DNA from: Pseudomonadota bacterium
GTDB lineage: Bacteria; Bdellovibrionota; FAC87; UBA2466
DNA length: 10,269 nt
Direction: 5' to 3'
Assembly: GCA_043718025.1 (NCBI GenBank)
Contig: JAYSWN010000118.1
Span: forward strand, 1 to 10,269
Of the stretch, positions 1-7,252 are shown one piece after another. The notes under the pieces were generated by a model. The model was given only the letters and a program-made list of their open reading frames with translations, was not told where the DNA came from and did not search any database. The translations under genes and the position numbers were made by a program. Each line of letters starts with the position of its first letter. Position 1 is the first letter of the stretch.

Positions 1-2441
1 GACTTGCGCGAGAGTAGAAACGCCGGCAAATAGATAATGGCGACGGCCGCGCAGCAGATTTCACCGAGCACCGCCAGCACCCCAAAACTTACGAAGGCCC
101 GATTGCCCGCTAACACAAGCGATGCGTAGCCAATCATCGTGGTAAGGCTGCAAAGACCAACCGCCCCGCCGGTGTAGCGGATGGTATCTAACATGCTGTC
201 TTTGCCGTCTTGGCGGTAGCGTTGAAAAATATTTACGCCGTAATCGACCCCAATTCCAAAAGTGATGGGCAAGGCGATAAAATTTAGGAAATTAATTTTT
301 AGATCAAAACCAAAAATAAGCGCGGCCAACCACACCACACCAATCCAAACCGTGAAAGAGACCAGCGCGATCATTTTCAGATTTTGAAATAAAACGGTCA
401 CCAGCAATAGCACCGCCAGCCCGGCAAAAAGGGTTGCCTTGGGCCCGTCGTGGTAGATCGCCGTAATCATGTCGGCGGTGATCGGCAGCTGACCGGCGAT
501 CGCCGTTTCCGGATTTACCAGATCCACGGCTTCCCTTAAGTCGCGAACAAAGCTCATGGTTACCAGCGCATTTTCTTCTTGGCCGGCCAGCACCACCGGT
601 TTATCGACGAGAACCAAGCGGCCTCGCGAACCGTCGGTTTCGGTAAATTTGTCTAAGATCATGGTGCTTAGTTCAGACTCTACAAAAGGGGTTGCCCCTT
701 CACCCGCCACAATTTGTTCAGCGATCCCTCGGTATTCTGCGGGTATCATTTTGACGACTGACGGGGTCAAGATTTTTCTGAATTCTTTGATCTCCACAAT
801 TTTTTTGGCCTGGTCCGGCGGCACTAAATCATCCAACGTTTGCACCCAAGCAATTTGGCTTTTTTCCCCTTCTTTTTCTTTCTTGGCGCGAAGGGTGGTG
901 GCGATACGTCGGGCGTCTTCTCGCGAATTGGCCAGCAGTACGGTGGGCGACAAATTTTTTCCGAAGATGTCGGCGATGTAGTGGTAGTAAAAACCCGACC
1001 CCGACTTCATGCTTCCCTTATCGCGGAGCTGATTCATGTCGAGCTCCATAATCTGGCGGTTGTGAAGAAAAAAGGTAAGAATCGCCGCCAAAGTTAGGCA
1101 AAGCGAGACCATGGCAATGCCACGAGCTTTGCGCTCAATAAAGGTGGCCAGCGGTCCGGCAATTAGCGGCTTGGGCGCAACGTCCCCTTCTTTTAGAAGC
1201 CCTCGCCATTTATCGAGCACGGAGAGAAAGCCCGGCAAGATGGTGAAGGCGCTTATCCAGCACAGAACCATGCCGGCCAGACCGATCACCCCAAACTGGT
1301 TAAAGCCCCGGAAGTCGGTCAGCATGAGCGAGCCGTAAGATAGTCCCGCAGCTAAGGCGGCGACGGCGGTTGGCTTTGATGTGGCAGCGACGGATATCAC
1401 CGTGGCCCGCGAATGGCCGCGCCCTTTGCGGCGTTCTTCTAGATAGCGGGCGAGATAAATAATGCCGAAATTGATTCCGTTGCCGATAACGATGCTCGCC
1501 AAAAAGGCAGAATTGGCATTTAAGTAGCCGGTTAAAAAATAGGCGGCCCCCATGGTCCAGATGGTTCCCATCAAAACACTTAGGGTCAGGGCGAAAGTAG
1601 CCCAGAAAGTGCGGTAATAAATCCACAGCGACGCAATGACCAAGAGTATCACCACAATGGTGGTGAATTGCAGATCGGCAATCAGGGCGCCATGCTCATC
1701 GATAAGATTTTGCGTGTTGCCGGTGTAGCGTACTTCTAAATCGGCGGCGTACGATTTGGGATTCAACGTGGCGATGGTCTTTTCTACGGTGCGCTTGAGC
1801 GTTAAGGCCGCTTCGATATCGGCGGCCCGTCCGGGTAAGTTGACGATGACCACGCGTTTGGTTTGGTCTTTCGAAGCATAAAAGCCGTCGGGGAAGCGAT
1901 CAACAAAAGAGGCCTGGTCGGAGTACTTGCGCTTGAAAGCCGCAAAATCAAAGGTTGGCTCTTCCGCCAAACCGAGACCAAGCCCCGCCTGGTCTTTTTC
2001 GTAGGCGACCTTTTCTTTAACGTAGTTTTTGAGTTTTACTAGATCATCAAATTCTAAAAAAAGCGCGCGCCGCTTACGAAAAAACTCCATTTCGGCATCG
2101 ATGCGGTATTCCACCCCGGCCACCAGGTTTTTGGGCAATTTATCGAGCTCCGTGGCCAGATCGATAACAAACCGTTTGCTTGCGTTTGGATCGGCGGAGA
2201 AAGTGAGCACCACCAGATTTTCAACCGACTTGAGTCTTTTTCCGAGTCGCCCTAGGTCGACTACGCTGCGGGCGGTGGTGGGCAAAAGCTCTTCAATGTT
2301 GGTGCGAAGATTCATGTACAGCAGCACCGTGTAATAGGCACCGGCAACCGCGACTAACGTTCCCACTACTGAAACCCAACCCGCCTGCCGGAGAACCAGA
2401 CGCGATAGAAAGCGGAGAAATTTTTTACTTATGTTTTTCAT
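1..2441 (-). CDS. MMPL/RND-superfamily transporter (HpnN/MmpL-like lipid exporter), 3' end truncated by the window edge
   Basis: Manual minus-strand translation from ATG at 2441 (MKNISKKFLRFLSRLVLRQAGWVSVVG...) stays open to the left edge (...YLPAFLLSRK), 813 codons in the window. It has the two-repeat RND topology: TM1, a large periplasmic loop (LRTNIEELLP...RYTGNTQ), a TM bundle (GNGINFGIIYLARYLEER; GSLMLTDFRGFNQFG), a second loop, and a second bundle (LPITFGIGVDYGVNIFQRY; CSLTTMIGYASL; FVSFG). The ORF track missed it, presumably because there is no stop codon in the window. Confidence 0.93.
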   Translation of the reverse strand, partial: MKNISKKFLRFLSRLVLRQAGWVSVVGTLVAVAGAYYTVLLYMNLRTNIEELLPTTARSVVDLGRLGKRLKSVENLVVLTFSADPNASKRFVIDLATELDKLPKNLVAGVEYRIDAEMEFFRKRRALFLEFDDLVKLKNYVKEKVAYEKDQAGLGLGLAEEPTFDFAAFKRKYSDQASFVDRFPDGFYASKDQTKRVVIVNLPGRAADIEAALTLKRTVEKTIATLNPKSYAADLEVRYTGNTQNLIDEHGALIADLQFTTIVVILLVIASLWIYYRTFWATFALTLSVLMGTIWTMGAAYFLTGYLNANSAFLASIVIGNGINFGIIYLARYLEERRKGRGHSRATVISVAATSKPTAVAALAAGLSYGSLMLTDFRGFNQFGVIGLAGMVLCWISAFTILPGFLSVLDKWRGLLKEGDVAPKPLIAGPLATFIERKARGIAMVSLCLTLAAILTFFLHNRQIMELDMNQLRDKGSMKSGSGFYYHYIADIFGKNLSPTVLLANSREDARRIATTLRAKKEKEGEKSQIAWVQTLDDLVPPDQAKKIVEIKEFRKILTPSVVKMIPAEYRGIAEQIVAGEGATPFVESELSTMILDKFTETDGSRGRLVLVDKPVVLAGQEENALVTMSFVRDLREAVDLVNPETAIAGQLPITADMITAIYHDGPKATLFAGLAVLLLVTVLFQNLKMIALVSFTVWIGVVWLAALIFGFDLKINFLNFIALPITFGIGVDYGVNIFQRYRQDGKDSMLDTIRYTGGAVGLCSLTTMIGYASLVLAGNRAFVSFGVLAVLGEICCAAVAIIYLPAFLLSRK

Positions 2442-2475
2442 GATGGTTTTTTGCCCGTCCTAAATGGGGACCAAT

Positions 2476-3318
2476 CTATTCTATAAATTTGCCCGAGGCG
2501 ATTTTCTCAAGATTAATTCCTTTAAAGGCCGTTTCACTGGCTTTGCCAATGCGATCGTAATCCCAATCTGAATTTTCTGCCTTAAACCTTAATGCCAAAA
2601 GCGAGAGGTAACTTCCCTGTAGACTCTCTTTCCAAACGTCTTCGCTACCCACCGCATTGATTCCGAATAGCCCCAGTCCGTAGTTGGCCTCGTAGAATTC
2701 ATAATCGGAGTAATAGGTGAGATTTGGCCCTTTAGATTCGATTACGACCAAGGCGTCACTAAATCGCAGGCGGTCGCCTTGTTTAAGCTGCGATCGGTAC
2801 ATCTTGATGCCGGGCCCTGGCTGCACGGCAAGGTGATTCATCTGGTACTTTACGTTTGGCACGAAGAAGACGGGAATTTTTCTCTCCCAAGCCAAGGTCG
2901 TTTTATTTCGGTCTTTGGCAACAATCTCTACCGTCTTGTCACCGGGAAAAAGCTCTTGGTAATGGGCGAAGTCGTCAATGACGGCGGCCACCGCGCTAAA
3001 CGGGGCTTTGATGCCCATACATTTTTTAAAGCCGATGTAGTAACGACGTTCGGGCGTCGGGATTTTAATCATTTGGATTTGCAAAGGCTCGGTTTCGTAG
3101 TGGCAGAAGCTGCGCCCTTTCGGCCAAGCTTTGCTGAGCTGAATGAGTGGTTCGGCGTAGAGGCTATTTGGCCCCTCAAGCTTTTCATCGAACGGATAAT
3201 CGGCGTTGCCACTCGAGGGGGTAGTGACCGGGTGGGCGGCTTCGGTGGCATGGGCTCGGCTTGCTGGTAAAAAAGGCAATGAACTCAATAAAAAAGCGAA
3301 GGAGGCGGATAAGATCAT
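2476..3318 (-). CDS. Secreted/periplasmic START/SRPBCC (Bet v1-like, polyketide cyclase-like) domain protein, putative lipid-binding
   Basis: 280-aa ORF with an N-terminal signal peptide (MILSASFAFLLSSLPFLPASRAHA). The segment IKAPFSAVAAVIDDFAHYQELFPGDKTVEIV resembles the SRPBCC hallmark 'I.AP.e.V...l.D...y.e..P....v.v', followed by predicted beta strands and a C-terminal helix (VWKESLQGSYLSLLALRFKAE). It lies 10 nt after the DedA stop and 34 nt before the MMPL start. Confidence 0.72.
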   Translation of the reverse strand: MILSASFAFLLSSLPFLPASRAHATEAAHPVTTPSSGNADYPFDEKLEGPNSLYAEPLIQLSKAWPKGRSFCHYETEPLQIQMIKIPTPERRYYIGFKKCMGIKAPFSAVAAVIDDFAHYQELFPGDKTVEIVAKDRNKTTLAWERKIPVFFVPNVKYQMNHLAVQPGPGIKMYRSQLKQGDRLRFSDALVVIESKGPNLTYYSDYEFYEANYGLGLFGINAVGSEDVWKESLQGSYLSLLALRFKAENSDWDYDRIGKASETAFKGINLEKIASGKFIE

Positions 3319-3328
3319 GAGTTAGATC

Positions 3329-3856
3329 TTAACATACGGCTTTCGCCTCTTTTTGCCCAAACCGGTGCGGTGAAAAGGCCGCCAACCGGGCAATAAAACA
3401 GTATTTAATTAGATTTCCCGCCCCGATCGAAAGTGCAATCTGAGAGTTGGGCACTTTAGCCATGACGCATATCACCACCGCCGGCGGCAGGGGCAGCAGG
3501 GTAACGGCCCCTAAAAAAAGGCCAAACGTACCGTGTTCATTAATAAATTGGCTTGCTTCGTGCCAACGCACTGGCCCCATGTAGCTGGCCAACCAGTTTG
3601 CCCATTGGGGCTGAGTTTCGACTAGCCGCGCTAAAACATAAGTGGCCAGGCTTGAGCAAACGGCCGCGAGTAACGCCATGCGCCACCAGCTCTTAGGCCG
3701 AATTAGCACTCTTAAAATAATAAAAACTTCGACCGGAATAAACGCAAGAAAGGCGTTCAGCGCCGCAACCCCCGCCATGAGCACAACGTAGCCTGGACGC
3801 CCTATGTATTCGCCAAGCCGTAGTTGCCATTTTGAAAGTTTCTGCTTTAGGCCCAT
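3329..3856 (-). CDS. DedA/VTT (SNARE-associated Golgi, YqaA-like) membrane protein
   Basis: Hydrophobic ORF with AALNAFLAFIPVEVF (cf. YqaA 'SFFPIPPD'), ALLAAVCSSLATYVLAR, FINEHGTFGLFLGAVTLLPLP (cf. 'yG...l.l...tPlP') and GNLIKY (cf. 'GR..Ry'). The start was moved from 3910 to ATG 3856 (MGLKQKLSKW) so it does not overlap the divergent gene and promoter region. Confidence 0.82.
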   Translation of the reverse strand: MGLKQKLSKWQLRLGEYIGRPGYVVLMAGVAALNAFLAFIPVEVFIILRVLIRPKSWWRMALLAAVCSSLATYVLARLVETQPQWANWLASYMGPVRWHEASQFINEHGTFGLFLGAVTLLPLPPAVVICVMAKVPNSQIALSIGAGNLIKYCFIARLAAFSPHRFGQKEAKAVC

Positions 3857-3965
3857 CGCGCAGATAAAACCATGATTCAGGTGAGTGGGCCACCCCTCAA
3901 AAAATTTCATTTTTGAATTCCCTGAGGCTTGCGATGAGGGGCCCAGTCATTTACTCTTTGGCCAT

Positions 3966-4583
3966 ATGAACAGCGTAATCCAACGGTTCCTCGACTTGGT
4001 TCTTTCCGTTTATCTCTACAACGAATGGCGTGGCTACATGCAGATGGAAGAATCACTCATTCCTCAGCTTGAGGCCAATCCGAATATGGATCGTGAATTT
4101 GTAGAGGCAGTTAAAAAGCATTGTGCGGATGAAAAGAAACACTACGGCATGTTTAAAGGCTATTTCATCGCCAATGGGCGTATGCCTTTCGCCGTAGGCA
4201 AATCAATTGGCTATTTTGATGCCCTAACCAGCGTGCTGCTTGGGCGTAAAGACAATGTAGTTTTGGACGAACACAATTTTGCTAAGCTCTGTCGGGCCAT
4301 CGTTACTACGGAGTACCGCGGTATTAACCAGGTGGACACCATGCTTAACTGGCGTTCGATTGATCGCGACGACCGTCTGCGCGAGATTTTTAAGGTGATA
4401 AAAAAAGATGAGCCTTCGCATTTCATTCCTTACAATGAATGGCTTGCGAAAAAAGGGCTTCGGGGTCCGTCGAGGCTCGAAAAAATTGCTGACCTAGTGG
4501 TGCATTATTCGATTGCTGCCTTCGTAATTCCCGTGCATTTCCTAAACTTCAGATTGAAACGGGTCGAGAGTTTCGCGGCCTAA
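3966..4583 (+). CDS. Ferritin-like di-iron carboxylate protein (possible hydroxylase/desaturase/oxidase)
   Basis: Counting from ATG 3966 (205 aa), the ligand pattern is E20 (YNEWRG), E56xxH59 (ADEKKH), E116 (TTEYRG) and E149xxH152 (KDEPSH). This is the canonical E/ExxH/E/ExxH four-helix-bundle di-iron motif. There is a hydrophobic C-terminal segment (LVVHYSIAAFVIPVHFL). The ORF-track start at 3885 is a GTG and likely too far upstream. Confidence 0.85.
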   Translation: MNSVIQRFLDLVLSVYLYNEWRGYMQMEESLIPQLEANPNMDREFVEAVKKHCADEKKHYGMFKGYFIANGRMPFAVGKSIGYFDALTSVLLGRKDNVVLDEHNFAKLCRAIVTTEYRGINQVDTMLNWRSIDRDDRLREIFKVIKKDEPSHFIPYNEWLAKKGLRGPSRLEKIADLVVHYSIAAFVIPVHFLNFRLKRVESFAA

Positions 4584-4599
4584 GCCCGAAAGTTATCCT

Positions 4600-5628
4600 T
4601 CATCCCGCCTTCAACTCAGTCCAGGCGCGACTGATACGTTGTAATGAAACGTCTTGAATGTGACGCAGAAAGAATAGGCGCTCATCTGCTGGGCCTTGGG
4701 TGGCGGCCGGTTCGCGCTTTCTGCTCGAAGGCAGTGAATAAGGGTTAGAAAAGCCATTTAGCGTCTGCAATTCAGTAGCGTGCGCTGAATCCATCAAATA
4801 GTTCATAAAAATGTGAGCCTCGTCTTTGCGCTTTGAGGTGGCCGCCACCACCATCGTGTCGACCCACTTTATTGCCCCTTCCTTTGGCAAAACATATTTT
4901 AAATGAGGCCGCAGCCGCGTGGCCTCGGCACCCTGATAAGAAAATGCGTGCGCAATGGTGATGTCGTCGCGTTGCACCAAACCCACCGGTTCTGAGTTAA
5001 ACGAAACTACGTGGTCGCGGGCCGCAAATAAAACCTTGCGGGCGGTTTCTACCGCCTCTTCATCCAAATTGTTTGGGTTTCTCCCTTTCCACATTAAGGC
5101 GGCTGCAAAGACTTCGCGCATGTCGTCCATCAGGTAGGTGTTGCGCATGTCTTTTGACTCAAAGAGGGCGCTCCAGCTAAGTCCGTCGGGAGGCAAGGCG
5201 ATACGCTTGGTGTTTACAATAAGGCCGGTAGAACCTTCTAAAAAGGGGAGCGAGTACACCAAACCGGGATCGTAGGGCACGGCAATTAGGGCGTCAGTGA
5301 GTTGCCCTAGGTGTTTCAACTTTGATTTGTCGATCGGTGAAAGAAGGCCAACCTTTGCCAGTCGCTCGACCATGTAGTCAGAGGGCTGCATTAGATCGTA
5401 ACCGGTAGCTCCCGCCTTGAGTTTGGCAAACAGCTCTTCGTTGCTCGAAATCAGGTGAACCTGCACCGCGATGCCCGTTTCGGCCGTAAACTTCTCCAAG
5501 AAGGGCTTGGGCAGGTACTGGCTCCACGACACAATGTTGAGGGTATGCGTTTTTGATTCGGGCATTAACTGCCGGGCCAAAATCAAAAACGCGATGACTA
5601 CGGGGATCAGAGCAAGTTTTATTTTCAC
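4600..5628 (-). CDS. potD: Spermidine/putrescine-type ABC transporter substrate-binding protein (PotD/PotF family)
   Basis: 342 aa with an N-terminal signal/anchor. Family motifs: LNIVSWSQYLP, FTAETGIAV, SNEELFAKL, GYDLMQPSDYMV, YDPG..YSLP, DDMRE, PKEGAIKWVD, AHIFMNYL, RAWTELKAG. GTG start at 5628, 28 nt downstream of hss. Confidence 0.9.
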   Translation of the reverse strand: MKIKLALIPVVIAFLILARQLMPESKTHTLNIVSWSQYLPKPFLEKFTAETGIAVQVHLISSNEELFAKLKAGATGYDLMQPSDYMVERLAKVGLLSPIDKSKLKHLGQLTDALIAVPYDPGLVYSLPFLEGSTGLIVNTKRIALPPDGLSWSALFESKDMRNTYLMDDMREVFAAALMWKGRNPNNLDEEAVETARKVLFAARDHVVSFNSEPVGLVQRDDITIAHAFSYQGAEATRLRPHLKYVLPKEGAIKWVDTMVVAATSKRKDEAHIFMNYLMDSAHATELQTLNGFSNPYSLPSSRKREPAATQGPADERLFFLRHIQDVSLQRISRAWTELKAG

Positions 5629-5656
5629 TAGTTTTTTTGTCTCGGTGCGGTGGTGT

Positions 5657-7108
5657 TTATTCTTGGACTAAAAAGTTTTTGAACTGCCATGGATCAGTAG
5701 GATCAATGTTTTGTTCCGCAAAACGGCCAAAGTAATTTTTATGTTGCTTGAGCGGATTCCAATCAACCTGAGTTGAGATCGATTCTCCAAGGTACGGATT
5801 GGCAATCTTTAAAATATAGTCGTGCGGCAAACTGTCGGGCACCACAACTCCGCGACTTGGGTTTTCAATCATCCATAGAGTGGCGGCCACCACAGAGATG
5901 GCCACTTGCAGGGTGGTGGCGTTCTGGTGCGGCACTAAACGACGCGACTCTTCAATGGTGAGAACACTTCCCACCCACCACGCCTGATAGTCGTGGCCCA
6001 TGATGAGTGCGCCGAGAATGTCGGCGCCTTCGGTAATCTCGTCGTTAAGAATGCGAATCTTGGGCTGCAGCTCGTAATGATAGCCCCGCAGTTCGTTCAA
6101 CGAAGCAATTGCCGAGTCAGTCGGGCAATAAGCGTAGTGAACGGTGGGGCGGTAAATTGCCTTATCGCCATCCCAAACCGTGAGCTTGTCCGAAATGGTA
6201 AATGCCTCACCGTGACGCACTACCATCCCTTGAATTTCATAATTCGGAACCCACGATCGCACCCAAGTATTCATGCCCATGCGAGCCAAGCAAATTTGGT
6301 TCTTTGGCCCATCCGCGTGCTCATACGCCAACGCGGGCAGCGTTTTTTCGTGCGTGCCCCAGCCCATTTCGGCGGTCGTGGTGCCCTCTTCGCGGAAGCC
6401 CTCTACGCTCCAGGTGTTTACGAATTCATCTACGGCTTTCGGCTGCGCGGTAATTTGCGTATCGCGCTCACTGCAGTGAATGACCTTAACGCCAAGTTCG
6501 TGGGCCAAGTGATTGAACGAACGGTCGCTTAAGTGCTGCTGAATTTTTTCTTTGCGTTCACCGTTGGCTTTGCCATCGCTAAGTAATTTTTGGGCAATTT
6601 CAATGAGCCCGAATTTGGTCCAATGCGAAATCAGTCCCGGGTTGGCTCCGTGCTCAAGCACCGCAGTAGGGCCGGGCTGGCTCCAGCCTGCAATCATTTT
6701 ACGCACCTTCATGTGGCGGTGGTAAAGCGTGCGCTCTTGGGGCGTTAGCTTATCGGCATTTTCGTAGGGGTCCCACACTTCAACCGACGTGTTTAAGTAA
6801 TTCACACCGTGATCATGACACCACTGCAGAAGCTCGCAGCAGTCGATGTTCCACGCCAAGTCGACCAAAACATCGCCCTCGCTTACCAGCGTGGCCAGTT
6901 GCGAAGTGAGGTTGTTTTTTTCAACGCGCATTTTAATAAATTTAAGCCCTTGGGCGGTGTAAGGGGCCAGGGCACTAGCGCGATCTTCAAAATCCACGAC
7001 GGTGAGATTTTTCAAAGGCATTTTTAAGTGCTTTAGGAGTAACGGCAGCATGCACTGGGCAACCGCCCCGTAACCAACGACAACAACACGCCCGGAAAAA
7101 TCAATCAC
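5657..7108 (-). CDS. hss: Homospermidine synthase (saccharopine dehydrogenase-like fold, NAD-dependent)
   Basis: Rossmann motif VVVVGYGAVAQ plus HSS motifs HGANPGLISH, IHCSERDTQ, FVNTWSVEGFREEG, AEMGWGTHEK, VRSWVP, HGEA, YRPTVHYAYCP, NATTLQVA and the C-terminal DPWQFKNF. Likely start is GTG at 7108 (483 aa) with a GAGG Shine-Dalgarno 5 nt upstream. The extra 31 aa in the ORF track (poly-Pro) looks like UTR read-through. Confidence 0.95.
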   Translation of the reverse strand: MIDFSGRVVVVGYGAVAQCMLPLLLKHLKMPLKNLTVVDFEDRASALAPYTAQGLKFIKMRVEKNNLTSQLATLVSEGDVLVDLAWNIDCCELLQWCHDHGVNYLNTSVEVWDPYENADKLTPQERTLYHRHMKVRKMIAGWSQPGPTAVLEHGANPGLISHWTKFGLIEIAQKLLSDGKANGERKEKIQQHLSDRSFNHLAHELGVKVIHCSERDTQITAQPKAVDEFVNTWSVEGFREEGTTTAEMGWGTHEKTLPALAYEHADGPKNQICLARMGMNTWVRSWVPNYEIQGMVVRHGEAFTISDKLTVWDGDKAIYRPTVHYAYCPTDSAIASLNELRGYHYELQPKIRILNDEITEGADILGALIMGHDYQAWWVGSVLTIEESRRLVPHQNATTLQVAISVVAATLWMIENPSRGVVVPDSLPHDYILKIANPYLGESISTQVDWNPLKQHKNYFGRFAEQNIDPTDPWQFKNFLVQE

Positions 7109-7173
7109 TGCCACCTCAATTTTATGAATCGAACGGATGTAACTAGGGGGAGGGGGTAGGGGCAATGTGCTGT

Positions 7174-7201
7174 ATTGTGCCGCATTAATTAATGTGCACA
7201 A
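7174..7201 (-). promoter_or_regulatory. Candidate sigma70-type promoter/operator for hss-potD with dyad symmetry
   Basis: The minus strand reads TTGTGC-N16-CACAAT. The same stretch is an imperfect inverted repeat, TTGTGC-CG-CATTAATTAATG-T-GCACAA (7175-7201), with a perfect 12-bp palindromic core at 7183-7194. Confidence 0.35.
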
Positions 7202-7252
7202 AACGATCGCATATTTTTGTGACGGCGGAGGGGGGCGCTCTGCTTCGCGAAA

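Noticed and set aside
556..2334. ORF-track ORFs 556-981, 840-1097, 1111-1338, 2029-2334 (+) and 1300-1626 (-)
   Set aside because: Antisense or out-of-frame shadows of the long MMPL gene, with no recognisable motifs.
3885..3910. Apparent head-to-head overlap of the DedA (3910) and ferritin-like (3885) ORFs
   Set aside because: Artefact of longest-ORF start calling. The downstream ATGs at 3856 and 3966 leave a normal 109-nt divergent gap.
4584..4599. Bidirectional terminator between the convergent ferritin-like and potD genes
   Set aside because: The gap is only 16 nt and has no convincing stem-loop.
2779..5671. Short alternative ORFs 2779-3270, 3069-3251, 3693-3893, 4211-4426, 4224-4421, 4955-5137, 5471-5671
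   Set aside because: Wholly or largely overlap better-supported genes (START, DedA, ferritin-like, potD).
7146..7162. G-quadruplex or phase-variable tract
   Set aside because: Only three closely spaced G-runs (the fourth is about 65 nt away), and runs of 4-6 G are too short for typical slipped-strand phase variation. It is kept only as part of the upstream-region finding.
7109..7201. Poly-proline N-terminal extension of HSS (MCTLINAAQYSTLPLPPPP...)
   Set aside because: HSS similarity starts at about IDFSGRVVVVGYG and a Shine-Dalgarno precedes GTG 7108. The prolines merely reflect the C-tract in the UTR.
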